Positions 32,622 to 42,866 of a DNA stretch of 64,000 nt are shown here, in pieces. The DNA is from Syntrophales bacterium (lineage in GTDB: Bacteria; Desulfobacterota; Syntrophia; Syntrophales; PHBD01). The notes below the pieces were generated by a model. It did not search any database. It worked only from the letters and a program-made list of their open reading frames with translations, and had not been told where the DNA came from. Each line of letters starts with the position of its first letter. Position 1 is the stretch's first letter. Both the position numbers and the translations under genes were made by a program. The stretch spans positions 480,001 through 544,000 of the forward strand of contig OY764159.1 of assembly GCA_963668175.1 (NCBI GenBank). The letters run 5' to 3'.

Positions 32622-34823
32622 GTGGAAATCAGCGAAATCTTAGAACATGCCGCCAGGCATGGGCGTCATAATCTTACGGAAGTGGAATCGAAACTGCTCC
32701 TCAAGGCATACGATATTCCCGTGGTTGAGGATATCGTCGTCGGAAACGGCGAAGAGGCCGCATCCGAGGCCGAACGGCTGGGATTTCCGGTCGCGCTCAA
32801 GGGCCACGGTGCCAGATTGATGCATAAGACCGAAAAGGGACTGGTCAGGCTCAACCTGAAAAGCGCGGGCGAAGTCCGCGACGCCGCCGCGGCCATGAAC
32901 AACGCGGCTGCTGACGACCTGGAAGGGTTTATCGTTCAGCCGATGCTGACGGGACGGCGGGAATTGGTGGCCGGCCTGTTCCGCGACGACCAGTTCGGGC
33001 CGGTGGTCATGTTCGGCCTGGGAGGCGTTCTTACGGAGGCTTTGGAGGATATCGTTTTCCGGCTTGCTCCGCTGACGGAGGATGAAGCGGCGTCGATGGT
33101 GGAGGAAATCCGCGCCGCCAAACTTCTGGGGTCTTTCCGCGGTGAAGGGGCGATAAACCGCCATCAGCTCGCCAAGGCGCTTGCGGGACTTTCCCGCTTG
33201 GCTCTGGACCAGCCGCAAATCAAAGAAATCGACATCAACCCTCTCCTGGTACAGCCGAACGGGAATATTGTCGCGGTCGATGCTTTGATCGTGTTTGCCG
33301 AAAACGGCATTCAAAAGTCGGCCGAGAAGCCGATGGTTGACCCGGGCATCATCGGTTCCATGTTTTACCCCGAATCTATCGCTTTCGTCGGTGCATCGGC
33401 GACCTTCGGCAAGTGGGGCTATCTCCTTTTTACGAATGTGCTGGCAGGCCATTACAGGGGTAATATTTACCTCGTCAACGTCAAGGAAAAGGAGATCGCC
33501 GGGCGGCCCGTCTATCCGTCTGTCCTGGATATTCCCGACCCTGTCGATCTGGCCGTCGTGACCGTACCGGCGTCAATGGTTCCGGATCTTATCCCTCAAC
33601 TTCAGGCCAAGGGAATACGAAAAATGATCTTGATTTCTTCCGGATTCAGCGAAACGGGAGAAGATGGGCGCCTCCTTGAAGAGGAACTGGTAAAGAAGGC
33701 TGAAGAAGCAGGCATTCTCGTTTTGGGACCGAATACGATGGGCGTCTGCAACCCCGATATCAACTTCTTTTGCATGGCACCTCACATGAGGCCGAAATTC
33801 GGCACCACGTCGCTGATCGCGCAATCGGGAAACCTGGGAACGCAGCTTCTCGCATTTGCCGCCGAGGAAGACATCGGCATCCGGGTATTCAGCGGCTCCG
33901 GCAACGAAGCGATGATCACGATTGAAGATTACATGAACTGTCTGGAAGAGGACGACTTGACGCGAACGGTTGTCCTGTACCTCGAAAGCATCAAGGATGG
34001 GCGGAGATTTTTCGAACTGGCCAGGCGTGTGGGCCACAAGAAGCCGGTCATCGTCCTCAAGGGGGGACGCACGGAAGCAGGCAGCCGCGCGGCGGCCAGC
34101 CACACAGGCGCCATGGCCTCCAACACAAAAATATTCAATGCTGCGTGCCGTCAGGCTGGCGTTATTCTCGCCGATCAGCCCATGGACCTGCTCGATCTCT
34201 CGGCCGCCTTCTCATCCATGCCCCTGCCTGCCGGTAACCGCGTGGCGATCATGACGCTCGGCGGCGGCTGGGGGGTCGTGGCCACGGACCTCTGTGCGGA
34301 AAGCGGCCTGGTTGTGCCTCATCTGTCCCAGGATATTATCGCAAGGATCGACAAGGTTCTGCCTCCGTACTGGAGCCGTTCCAATCCCATCGACCTCGTT
34401 GGCGAACTGGACCCGCAAATTCCCATGCTCGTCATGGAGGAAATGGCGAAGTGGGATGGATGCGACGCGATCATGCATCTGGGGTGTGTCGGGCGCATGA
34501 TCTTTGTGCAGAAGACCGTTGAATCGGCGCTGGCGACCGACCCCAACCAAAAACCGCAGATCAAGGATTTTGTAACCGCACAATTGACGGCGTACGAGAA
34601 GAAGTTCACCGAATTCACCGTACAGCTCATGGAAACCTACAAGAAGCCCATCGTGGGTGTCTATCTCATCGCCGACGATACGAACCGGATGATCAAGGAC
34701 ATCGAGGGCCGGAACTATAAGGGTGTCACGTTCCTGTCTCCGGAGCGCGCGGTCAAGGCCCTAGCGAAGATGTTTGGCTACCGATCGTGGCTGAAACGCG
34801 AAGAAACCATGGGGTCACACTGA
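32622..34823 (+). CDS. acetate/acyl-CoA synthetase (ADP-forming), ATP-grasp first, then CoA-binding/ligase domains
   Basis: N-terminal HKTEKGLV...EIDINP, then LGPNTMG, QSGN, SHTGAMA, NPIDL. Confidence 0.92.
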   Translation: MEISEILEHAARHGRHNLTEVESKLLLKAYDIPVVEDIVVGNGEEAASEAERLGFPVALKGHGARLMHKTEKGLVRLNLKSAGEVRDAAAAMNNAAADDLEGFIVQPMLTGRRELVAGLFRDDQFGPVVMFGLGGVLTEALEDIVFRLAPLTEDEAASMVEEIRAAKLLGSFRGEGAINRHQLAKALAGLSRLALDQPQIKEIDINPLLVQPNGNIVAVDALIVFAENGIQKSAEKPMVDPGIIGSMFYPESIAFVGASATFGKWGYLLFTNVLAGHYRGNIYLVNVKEKEIAGRPVYPSVLDIPDPVDLAVVTVPASMVPDLIPQLQAKGIRKMILISSGFSETGEDGRLLEEELVKKAEEAGILVLGPNTMGVCNPDINFFCMAPHMRPKFGTTSLIAQSGNLGTQLLAFAAEEDIGIRVFSGSGNEAMITIEDYMNCLEEDDLTRTVVLYLESIKDGRRFFELARRVGHKKPVIVLKGGRTEAGSRAAASHTGAMASNTKIFNAACRQAGVILADQPMDLLDLSAAFSSMPLPAGNRVAIMTLGGGWGVVATDLCAESGLVVPHLSQDIIARIDKVLPPYWSRSNPIDLVGELDPQIPMLVMEEMAKWDGCDAIMHLGCVGRMIFVQKTVESALATDPNQKPQIKDFVTAQLTAYEKKFTEFTVQLMETYKKPIVGVYLIADDTNRMIKDIEGRNYKGVTFLSPERAVKALAKMFGYRSWLKREETMGSH

Positions 34824-34889
34824 GAATAAAGGAGGGATCTCACCTTCCCTCCGGGCCGATAACCCACGGCCGGAGGCAGAGGCGGGTTA

Positions 34890-35579
34890 TCAGCCGCACA
34901 AAAGGTTGGACCAACCCCATCGCCTGTCTTCCGCTTCCTGGGTTTCCCTGATGATCGCCTCCACGTGTTGCCGCACGGATTCGAAATGCTCATCGCCGAG
35001 GTCGGCGGGAATACATATGGGATCAGCGAAGCGCACCCGGACCGTGCTGAAGGGTTTGGGAATGAGGAACCCGTCCCAGCTGCGCAGCTGCCAGAAACGG
35101 CTGCATGATATGTAAACCGGTACGATGGAGGCCCCGGAAAGCTGGGCCATCCGGATGAGGCCCGCCTTCACCACGCCCCTGGGCCCCGTGGGTCCATCAA
35201 GCGCATGGACGGCAAAGGGATGCTCCTTCAGATCATTCACCATAACGGCCAGGGCTTCCCGCCCGTGAGACGAGCTTGAGCCCCTGACCGGACGGAAGTT
35301 GAGTCTCTCCATCAGTTGGGCGATCAGTTCCCCGTCGCGGCTGCGGCTGATCATAACCGACGGCTTGTAGCTGCCGAAGCGGCCCGCATAATTGAGAACG
35401 CCCAGAATCCGCTGATGCCAGATACCGGCAATAATTCTGTTGCCGTCCTGCAGGAATTTCCGCAATCCATCCTCGTTGACGGGCTCGATCTTGACCAGGG
35501 ACAGGTAGACCTTGAGCACGACGTGTCCCCAGGGAATGAGTCCGTATGTGATGATAAGCGCGCCCAGCTTCTTGAACAT
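34890..35579 (-). CDS. lysophospholipid acyltransferase-like protein (DUF374)
   Basis: WHQR, SRSRDGE, RGSSS, DGPTGP, SWDGFLIPKPF. Confidence 0.88.
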   Translation of the reverse strand: MFKKLGALIITYGLIPWGHVVLKVYLSLVKIEPVNEDGLRKFLQDGNRIIAGIWHQRILGVLNYAGRFGSYKPSVMISRSRDGELIAQLMERLNFRPVRGSSSSHGREALAVMVNDLKEHPFAVHALDGPTGPRGVVKAGLIRMAQLSGASIVPVYISCSRFWQLRSWDGFLIPKPFSTVRVRFADPICIPADLGDEHFESVRQHVEAIIRETQEAEDRRWGWSNLLCG

Positions 35580-35602
35580 CGCAGCTGACTCCGGTCGCGG
35601 GT

Positions 35603-36667
35603 TTAATGGCCGCGAATATAGATAGGATTGGAAAAAATCCAGGGGCGGAACCGGCCCCAGGACTTCAAATAGGCCTCGATCCGATAAACCCCGGGATCCG
35701 TAACTTCCAGGGTACACGTTTGCGCATACTTCTCGCAGATGGACCGTCCGTCGGCGATCACCCGGATTTTCGCCGGGGCCGGCAACTCGGCGGATATTTT
35801 CATGGCCGCCTGCGAATTGACTAAATCGCCCATATGGTAGACCTGCCGGCCGTCGGACAGCGAGAAGGAGAAACCTGTCGCGGGCTTGAGATAATCGTGC
35901 GCCACATAGACGCGTCCTTTTCTCAGAGCATCGTACAGCGCCCCGATATCACTCTCCTGCTCCTTCCGCAGGGGGGCGTTTAACAGGACATGGGTACGCA
36001 GATACCTGAAAGCCTTCCGAAAAGGAAAGACTTCCAGGTTAAAACCAAAGACTCTTTTCTTGGTATTGTGGTTGTCGCACTCGCCGATGCCTACGATCTG
36101 TCTCGACTGATTCAGTTGATCCCAGCGCCGGAGCGTTTCCGCCTTGGGACCGCGAAGAAAAAGAAACGGCAAAAAATAGCTGGTCAGGGCCTGCGGGTAC
36201 CCGGACAACGATTCCTGCCAGTCCGTCATGAAATCCCATATCCCTATACCGTCGTATTTTTCCACGTTCCAGTCCAGCCAGGGGTAATGTTTCACGTGAA
36301 ACTTGGCCGCTCCCTGATGGTCCGGATGGGCGATGAACCCGATTCCTCCCTGTTCCGATACCCGATTGATATAGGCTTGCGGGGGCGCGTCCGCGGTATC
36401 TTTCGGCATTTCGACAGCCCGCTCGATCCGAAACGCCAGATAATGATTGAAACGCGGCGCTATTTCCTGTCCGACGACCAGAAGCGTTTCTCCGTGCCAG
36501 CCTTCCCATCCCCTGTCCCGCGCCATCAGGTTATCGTGATCCGTCAGCATCAGAAAATCGATGCGATTTTCTTCCGCCGCAGCGATGATGTCCGCAATCG
36601 GCGTTGAACCGTCAAAGGAATATTCAGAATGGAGATGGATGACACCGGCATAGTCGAACAGCTTCAC
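35603..36667 (-). CDS. PHP-domain metallohydrolase (CehA/McbA-like)
   Basis: HLHSEYSFDG, TDHD, GQE, AHP, DNH; GTG start overlaps the upstream stop. Confidence 0.85.
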   Translation of the reverse strand: MKLFDYAGVIHLHSEYSFDGSTPIADIIAAAEENRIDFLMLTDHDNLMARDRGWEGWHGETLLVVGQEIAPRFNHYLAFRIERAVEMPKDTADAPPQAYINRVSEQGGIGFIAHPDHQGAAKFHVKHYPWLDWNVEKYDGIGIWDFMTDWQESLSGYPQALTSYFLPFLFLRGPKAETLRRWDQLNQSRQIVGIGECDNHNTKKRVFGFNLEVFPFRKAFRYLRTHVLLNAPLRKEQESDIGALYDALRKGRVYVAHDYLKPATGFSFSLSDGRQVYHMGDLVNSQAAMKISAELPAPAKIRVIADGRSICEKYAQTCTLEVTDPGVYRIEAYLKSWGRFRPWIFSNPIYIRGH

Positions 36668-37356
36668 GCTCGCCTCTTCCCGAACTTCATTCCCTTCAGC
36701 GGACACATTTGACAGCGCGGCGCTTTCTTCCGGCAATATTCTTTCCCTGTGTTTACGATGAGCGCATGGTACTGATTGTACAAACCGCTATCCTTGGGCA
36801 AGTTTTTCATGAACAACGCTTGAATCTCGTCATAATCTGCATCTTCCGCGATAATGCCGTGTCGCGATAATATCCTCTTCGTGTAGGCATCGACAACAAA
36901 CACCGGCTTCCCGCCGGCATACAGGAGGATGCTGTCCGCTGTTTCCCGTCCTATACCGTGTATATTCAGAAGCGATTTGCGGAGTCCTCGCCATTCTTCG
37001 GCAAACATCCTTTTCAAATCTCCGCCGTAATTTTCTTTCAGGTAGCCTGCAAACGCTTTCAACCGCCGCGTTTTTATCCGATAGTATCCCGAGGGCCTGA
37101 TCAAATCCGCCAAGGTCTCGTCGTCCGTTTCCAGGATTCCCGCCAACGACATCAGTCCTTCCTGTTTCATATTGCCGATGGCCGCCGTCACATTTCGCCA
37201 TGCCGTATTTTGCGTAAGAATCGCCCCGACGATGACTTCGAACGGCGTTTCCGCCGGCCACCAGCCGAGATCACCGAAGTGGCCGTTCATGGCGTCATAC
37301 GCAGCCCGGAGGTATCTCTTTTCTCCGGCGGTATTCTTTCCGTTTCCCCTTTCCAT
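36664..37356 (-). CDS. HhH-GPD endonuclease III-related glycosylase
   Basis: WWPAETPFEVIVGAILTQNT, GIGRETADSILLY, CRKKAPRCQMCPL FeS motif. Confidence 0.93.
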   Translation of the reverse strand: MERGNGKNTAGEKRYLRAAYDAMNGHFGDLGWWPAETPFEVIVGAILTQNTAWRNVTAAIGNMKQEGLMSLAGILETDDETLADLIRPSGYYRIKTRRLKAFAGYLKENYGGDLKRMFAEEWRGLRKSLLNIHGIGRETADSILLYAGGKPVFVVDAYTKRILSRHGIIAEDADYDEIQALFMKNLPKDSGLYNQYHALIVNTGKEYCRKKAPRCQMCPLKGMKFGKRRA

Positions 37357-38832
37357 TTATCGGATCGCCACGTAAAACGTCGTCCTGCCCCGCTTCACCA
37401 AAAACAGGATGCTTTCCTTCGGCTTCCGCTTGGACATTTCCCTGACATATTCCTTCATCGAAGAAATCTTGACCTTGTTCACTTCCAGGATGATATCCTT
37501 TGGCTGAATGCCTACATCGTCCGCGATTCCTCCGTCTTTGACATCGACGACGATGACTCCTCCCCTTTTCTGCAGCCCCAGATACTTCGCAACGTCCGGC
37601 GTTATATCCTGCAGCACCATACCCAGATCGTCCGCACCATCGGATCGTTTCTCAGCTGCCATTTCCGCCTGTTCCGTTCGCTCGGCGACCGTGATCTCAA
37701 ATATTTTCTCCGCCCCGTCCCGTATCGCCTTTACCGTGATCTTCTCTCCAACCCGAAGCGCCGCGATTTTCAGCAACAGTTCATGCGTATCCTTGATGGC
37801 CTGACCGTTGACCTCGACGACGACATCGCCCGCCCTGATTCCCGCTTTATCGGCAGGGTCTCCCTTGAAGACATCCGATATGACGGCGCCGCTGCGATTT
37901 TTTAACTTCATCGTCTTGACCATCTCCTCCGATACGTCCTGAACCGAAATGCCCAACCATCCCCTTGTCACCTTGCCTTTCGATTTCAGGTCCGCCAGGA
38001 CCGCTTTGGCCATATCTATCGGAATCGCGAATCCGATCCCCTGCCCCTGCGCAACGATGGCCGTATTGATACCCACGACCTTCCCCTCCATGTTGAAAAG
38101 CGGCCCGCCGCTGTTTCCCGGATTGATGGAGGCATCCGTCTGTATAAAATTATCGTACGGTCCCGCGCCGATAACGCGTCCCTTCGCACTTACGATACCC
38201 GCCGTCACCGTCTGCTCGAGACCGAAGGGATTTCCTATCGCAATAACCCAGTCGCCGACCCTCAGTTTCTCCGAATCGCCTATTTCCACCACGGGCAGAC
38301 TTTCCGTGGGTTTGATCTTGATCAGCGCCAGGTCCGTCTTCGCGTCTTTACCTATCACTTTCGCTTCATATTCACGGCCGTCGGAAATTCTGACGATGAT
38401 TTTCTCTGCCTGCTCAACGACATGGTTATTCGTAAAGATATACCCGTCATGACTGATGATGAACCCCGAGCCGAGGCTCTTCTGCTTGAATTCGCGACGC
38501 GGTGTTCTACCGAAAAACCGATCGAAGAATTCATCGCCGCCGAAGGGTGCATCTTCGCCGAACGGGGCTCGCAACATGCCCCTTCCCGGCCGTATGAGCT
38601 TCGTTGTGCTGATATTGACCACCGCCGGCTTGACTTTATCTGTCAGGTCGGCGAACGAAGCCGGCGCACGGACCGATTCGCCCAGCGATACGGCCCCTGC
38701 TGGCCTCATGCCCCCGGACGACGGTGCATAGGACGATCGTAATACTTCGACAAAAGAAACGACGAAAAAGCCGATCAGAAAAGCCAACAGAAACATGATG
38801 AACGTTCTTTTGTCGTTACCCGCAATGCCCAT
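37357..38832 (-). CDS. DegP/DegQ (HtrA) serine protease with two PDZ domains
   Basis: TNNHVV, DLALIK, TDASINPGNSGGPL. Confidence 0.95.
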   Translation of the reverse strand: MGIAGNDKRTFIMFLLAFLIGFFVVSFVEVLRSSYAPSSGGMRPAGAVSLGESVRAPASFADLTDKVKPAVVNISTTKLIRPGRGMLRAPFGEDAPFGGDEFFDRFFGRTPRREFKQKSLGSGFIISHDGYIFTNNHVVEQAEKIIVRISDGREYEAKVIGKDAKTDLALIKIKPTESLPVVEIGDSEKLRVGDWVIAIGNPFGLEQTVTAGIVSAKGRVIGAGPYDNFIQTDASINPGNSGGPLFNMEGKVVGINTAIVAQGQGIGFAIPIDMAKAVLADLKSKGKVTRGWLGISVQDVSEEMVKTMKLKNRSGAVISDVFKGDPADKAGIRAGDVVVEVNGQAIKDTHELLLKIAALRVGEKITVKAIRDGAEKIFEITVAERTEQAEMAAEKRSDGADDLGMVLQDITPDVAKYLGLQKRGGVIVVDVKDGGIADDVGIQPKDIILEVNKVKISSMKEYVREMSKRKPKESILFLVKRGRTTFYVAIR

Positions 38833-38859
38833 ACATCGCCCCCTTCTAATCCAATTCTT

Positions 38860-39669
38860 TTAGAGTCTTTCCACGACCACCGGATTGCTCAATTTGCCGA
38901 TCATTTCGACCTCGATCGTAACGCTGTCACCGTCCTTGAGGAATATCGGCGGGGTCCTTGTAAACCCCACGCCTTCCGGCGTCCCCGTCAGGATCACCGT
39001 CCCCGGAAGCAGCGTTAGCGATTGACTTAAGTTACTGACGATTTCACGAACAGGGAAGATCATGTCGGATGTTACGGCCTCCTGAAGAACCTGACCGTTC
39101 AGGATTGTCCGGATTGCGAGATTGTCCGGATCTTCAATCTCGTCTTTTGTTACAATCCATGGTCCCAACGGACAGAACGTATCAAAGCTCTTTCCTCGCG
39201 CCCACTGCTTCTTCTGTTTCCTGATCTGCCAGTCCCTGGCGCTGACATCGTTGGCGCATGTGTAACCCATGACGTATTCCATGGCCTTTTCCGCGGGGAT
39301 GTTCTTCGCGGTTTTGCCGATAATGACAACCATTTCAGCCTCGTAGTCCACTTCCGAACCTCCTGCGGCGGGCAACATGATAGGTTCTCCCGGCCCGATG
39401 ACGCTCGTTGTCGCCTTCAGAAAGAGGACCGGCTGGTCCGGAGCGGAAAGCGACGTTTCCTCGCCGTGCTTCTTATAATTGATTCCCAAGGCCAGGATAT
39501 TGACCGGCGCCAACGGCGCCATTATCCGCCGCACTGCAACCTTCTTTCCACTCACCCTATAGTCGCCGAATAGGTTCCCTTCTATGATATATGCCCCGCC
39601 GGGCTCGCCCGGATCGAACGCACCGTAGGCCACGCTATGATCCTCTGTCTCAAATCGGATGATCTTCAT
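38860..39669 (-). CDS. fumarylacetoacetate hydrolase family protein
   Basis: DYEAE, NDVSARD, GKSFDTF, TGTPEGVG. Confidence 0.93.
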   Translation of the reverse strand: MKIIRFETEDHSVAYGAFDPGEPGGAYIIEGNLFGDYRVSGKKVAVRRIMAPLAPVNILALGINYKKHGEETSLSAPDQPVLFLKATTSVIGPGEPIMLPAAGGSEVDYEAEMVVIIGKTAKNIPAEKAMEYVMGYTCANDVSARDWQIRKQKKQWARGKSFDTFCPLGPWIVTKDEIEDPDNLAIRTILNGQVLQEAVTSDMIFPVREIVSNLSQSLTLLPGTVILTGTPEGVGFTRTPPIFLKDGDSVTIEVEMIGKLSNPVVVERL

Positions 39670-39805
39670 ATGCTCCTCCTCGTTCAATACGCTTTATCAA
39701 TAATGATACGCATCCTTGATTGAAAATCCCGCAATCGCCGTTTGCTCTGTATCTCATTATATGTTAAATCTCTCAACGCTTCTAGATTTCTTCGGAAACG
39801 ATACC

Positions 39806-40609
39806 ATGCTGTCGACGGCAATTGAACAATTAGGGCGTGTCAGCACAGACGCGGCGAGAAGCCTCCGCGAAGTGCTCTCCTTTTCTTTCAGCATCTTCGT
39901 CAAGATGTTTCAGCGTCGGTCTTACAACAGCGCCACGCGCATGGTTCTCATCAACCAGATATACTTTACCTCCGTCCAACTGCTGCCCCTGTTTCTCACG
40001 GTATCCCTCATATTCGGCTCAACACTGGTCGCGATTACCGTCAAGTTTTCCCTTGATTTCAACCTGATGGAACACCTCGGGCGATTCCTCATGGGCTTTG
40101 TCGTCTCGGAGTTGTCTCCTTTCATTACGGTTTTGTTGATCGCCCTGCGCTCCTCTTCGGCCATCAATACGGAAATTGCCGTCATGAAAGTCAACAATGA
40201 GTTGAAAACCCTGGATGTCTTTAATATCGATACCATAAACTATCTTTTTCTGCCACGCATTATCAGCGGGATTATCTCGATTATTCTACTGAGCGGCCTC
40301 TTTTCCATCATGGTTCTTTTCAGCGGGGCATTCTTTTCCAAACTTATCGTCGGTATGAGTATGGAAGCATACGCAGATGTCCTGTTACAATCCGCCACGT
40401 TTTCTGGTATAATTATACTTATCATCAAGTGTGCCGCTTTCGGTTTTTTTATTACGCTGATCCCTATCAGGTTCGGCCTCCGGGCTTCTCATGAATTTAC
40501 GAGCATTCCCATTGCCGTGTTGAACGGCATGGTGAATGTCTTTATTGCCATTGTCATGATTGAGGTATTGTCATTATTCGCGATATCGATCTTCACAAAG
40601 TTCACTTGA
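39806..40609 (+). CDS. MlaE-family ABC transporter permease
   Basis: ELSPFITVLLIALRSSSAINTEIAVMKVNNEL...LPRI MlaE signature. Confidence 0.88.
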   Translation: MLSTAIEQLGRVSTDAARSLREVLSFSFSIFVKMFQRRSYNSATRMVLINQIYFTSVQLLPLFLTVSLIFGSTLVAITVKFSLDFNLMEHLGRFLMGFVVSELSPFITVLLIALRSSSAINTEIAVMKVNNELKTLDVFNIDTINYLFLPRIISGIISIILLSGLFSIMVLFSGAFFSKLIVGMSMEAYADVLLQSATFSGIIILIIKCAAFGFFITLIPIRFGLRASHEFTSIPIAVLNGMVNVFIAIVMIEVLSLFAISIFTKFT

Positions 40610-41073
40610 TGCTTTTCGACAGCGAAGATGCGCTGGAGAGAGACCTCGAGATACGAATAAACCGCGACAGGAATCACGTCGGACTTGTCTCGGTCGATGT
40701 CCCTTTGATATCGAATCTCGACGTCAGCGCCAATATCTCTTTAATTATCCAGTACCATCGTAATCTGCCCGAAGGAGAGGCTGAAGAACTTGTCATGGCT
40801 CACCTGAAGCGTTTCAATCTCGAGCGTATTGCGAAGAAAAGAAATCCCGGTCTCTCGGATCGTGAACGTTTTTGCGTCATGCTGCTTCGGTCAGCCATGG
40901 TCGCCGATGCCGTCATCATCATCGACAGGCCGTTGAAGCTTCTTCCCGATATGGAAGACCCTGCTTTCTTTTATAACACATTGACGACGATATACGATTT
41001 ATTCAATGATTGCCAAATCCTTGATTACAGATGGAACCGTCATCATTACGAGATGATCTATGAAACTGAATAA
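40609..41073 (+). CDS. degenerate MlaF-like ABC ATPase fragment lacking Walker A
   Basis: PLISNLDVSANISL, LSDRER (LSGGQ position), IIIDRP (Walker B position); no GxxGxGK; lies between mlaE and mlaD. Confidence 0.6.
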   Translation: MLFDSEDALERDLEIRINRDRNHVGLVSVDVPLISNLDVSANISLIIQYHRNLPEGEAEELVMAHLKRFNLERIAKKRNPGLSDRERFCVMLLRSAMVADAVIIIDRPLKLLPDMEDPAFFYNTLTTIYDLFNDCQILDYRWNRHHYEMIYETE

Positions 41074-41983
41074 CAATCTCAAAGTCGGCCTCTTCGTCTC
41101 CGTTACCTCGCTTTTGATCATCGTCGCCATACTATTCGGGGCTTATAAAAAAGGCTTCTTTGAGCGTGAACAGTCCTATACTCTCGCTTCCAAGACCGGC
41201 GAGGGCATCAAGGAGGGTATGCCCGTCATCTTTTCCGGTTTCAATATCGGTAAAGTGGCCTCATCGGACCTCGACGACAAGGGTGTCGTTCTCGTCAAGA
41301 TCACCGTTCTCAGGCGTCATACGCAATGGATCCATGCCGACAGCAAATTTACCCTGGAAAAGCCCCTTTTCTCCGCCCCGCGTATCGTCATCACCACGGC
41401 TAATTTGCAGAGCCCCCCTTTATCGGCCAAGGAAACGCCCGTTTTGACCGAAGTGAGCGACATCAATGAACTCATCAAACGCGGACAGCCCATCCTCGAT
41501 CAAGTGAAGCGCATCGTCGAGCACGTCGAGACGATCGCCCAGAATCTCGCCGACCCCCAGGGCGATTTGAACAGAATTCTCAACAATACACAGAGGCTAA
41601 CATCAAGAAATTCTCTGCTGGAAATGGCCGTCAGCGACCCCAAGAGTGTTCAGTCCGTCAACGAATCCCTCGTCAAGCTCAAGGATATCATGACGAAACT
41701 CGATTCCCTGGCGGGCAAAACCGACGAACAGCTATACGGCAATGAAGGAGCCCTTCCCCTCGTCAGAAACATTCTCAAGGATATCCTCATCAAGCTGAGA
41801 AAACTCAACGTCACGGTCGATAATATCAATAAAATCAGCACAAACGCTTCGGATTCCACCAAGGACCTGAAATATCTGCGGGGCGAGTTGGACAACACGG
41901 TCAATACGGTCGGCGAACTGGTTAATAAACTGGATAAAATACTGTCATCCTTTAAGAAAGAGCCTGAGTTCGATCTGCCATGA
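41060..41983 (+). CDS. MlaD/MCE family protein
   Basis: KVGLFV TM segment, GIKEGMPVIFSGFNIGKV MCE motif, helical C-terminus. Confidence 0.88.
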   Translation: MKLNNNLKVGLFVSVTSLLIIVAILFGAYKKGFFEREQSYTLASKTGEGIKEGMPVIFSGFNIGKVASSDLDDKGVVLVKITVLRRHTQWIHADSKFTLEKPLFSAPRIVITTANLQSPPLSAKETPVLTEVSDINELIKRGQPILDQVKRIVEHVETIAQNLADPQGDLNRILNNTQRLTSRNSLLEMAVSDPKSVQSVNESLVKLKDIMTKLDSLAGKTDEQLYGNEGALPLVRNILKDILIKLRKLNVTVDNINKISTNASDSTKDLKYLRGELDNTVNTVGELVNKLDKILSSFKKEPEFDLP

Positions 41984-42639
41984 AAAGAACGCTGTCGATT
42001 TTTGCCTTTATAATGGTCATAACCGGCTGCTCGTCTCACTCGGTGCCGGACTGGAAGAATATCGGTTACAACCAGTTGGAGAATTACAAGAAGAACTACC
42101 TGACCGGCAGGGACTTCATAGCAGAGACCAACTTCCGGAAGGCCACCGACGAGATCAAGAACAGCGGCGATCTGGATACTTTGGCCAAGGCTTATCTGAC
42201 CAAATTCGGCGTCCAGACCGCTGTACTGGAAACATTTCGTGACGATGAATATCTTGACATTGAAGAGATTTTACCCAATCCCGACTATCTGAATTTCTTC
42301 AACTTCCTTCGCGGCATCATCGCGTATGTAGACGGCGGCCGCCTGCCCTCCCGTTATCGCGGCGTCTATCGCGCCATCCAGGCGAAAGACACCGCAGAGC
42401 TTGAAAGACAGATCAACGGCATCGATGATCCGTTGTCGCGATTAATCGCCACAGGCGTCGCCGTCAAACAGCAATGTTATAACGAATCGATCCTCAAGGT
42501 CGCTGTGGATACGGCTTCAGCCAACGGATGGCGAAAGCCCCTTCTGGTCTACCTGGCCCAGCTCCAATTGCTTTATGAAAAAGATAAATCCGCGGAAAAG
42601 GCGGACAAGACCCGCAAGACGATCCTGCTCCTTAAATAA
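41980..42639 (+). CDS. putative lipoprotein
   Basis: Lipobox ITGC after a hydrophobic signal; last gene of the MCE operon. Confidence 0.7.
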   Translation: MKRTLSIFAFIMVITGCSSHSVPDWKNIGYNQLENYKKNYLTGRDFIAETNFRKATDEIKNSGDLDTLAKAYLTKFGVQTAVLETFRDDEYLDIEEILPNPDYLNFFNFLRGIIAYVDGGRLPSRYRGVYRAIQAKDTAELERQINGIDDPLSRLIATGVAVKQQCYNESILKVAVDTASANGWRKPLLVYLAQLQLLYEKDKSAEKADKTRKTILLLK

Positions 42640-42721
42640 CGCGGGTCCGGTAACGTCAGCGAATGACCATTGACATAAGCGCTTAAACCGTGTTAGGCCT
42701 CGCCGGTAAGTTTCAGGATAT

Positions 42722-42798
42722 GCCCCCGTAGCTCAGTAGGATAGAGCAACGGATTCCTAATCCGTGTGCCGGGCGTTCGAATCGCCCCGGGGGCACCA
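42722..42798 (+). tRNA. tRNA-Arg(CCT)
   Basis: Acceptor GCCCCCG/CGGGGGC, D arm GCTC/GAGC, anticodon arm ACGGA-TTCCTAA-TCCGT, T arm GGGCG-TTCGAAT-CGCCC, 3' ACCA. Confidence 0.97.
42753..42798 (+). repeat. att core, left copy (3' 46 nt of tRNA-Arg)
   Basis: Identical to 55603-55648. Confidence 0.95.
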
Positions 42799-42846
42799 AT
42801 TATATCAATAAGTTATACGAACACTCCTTACTTCTTCGGCTGCTTC

Positions 42847-42866
42847 TTCTACCCTATTTCTACCCC
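42847..42866 (+). repeat. 20-bp repeat TTCTACCCTATTTCTACCCC, putative integrase arm site (left)
   Basis: Identical copy at 55455-55474; internally tandem TTCTACCC units. Confidence 0.75.

Noticed and set aside
2486..38742. Long antisense ORFs (e.g. 2486-4135, 9215-10399, 13975-15141, 20387-21739, 25769-26812)
   Set aside because: They are shadows of well-supported genes on the opposite strand, typical of GC-rich coding DNA.
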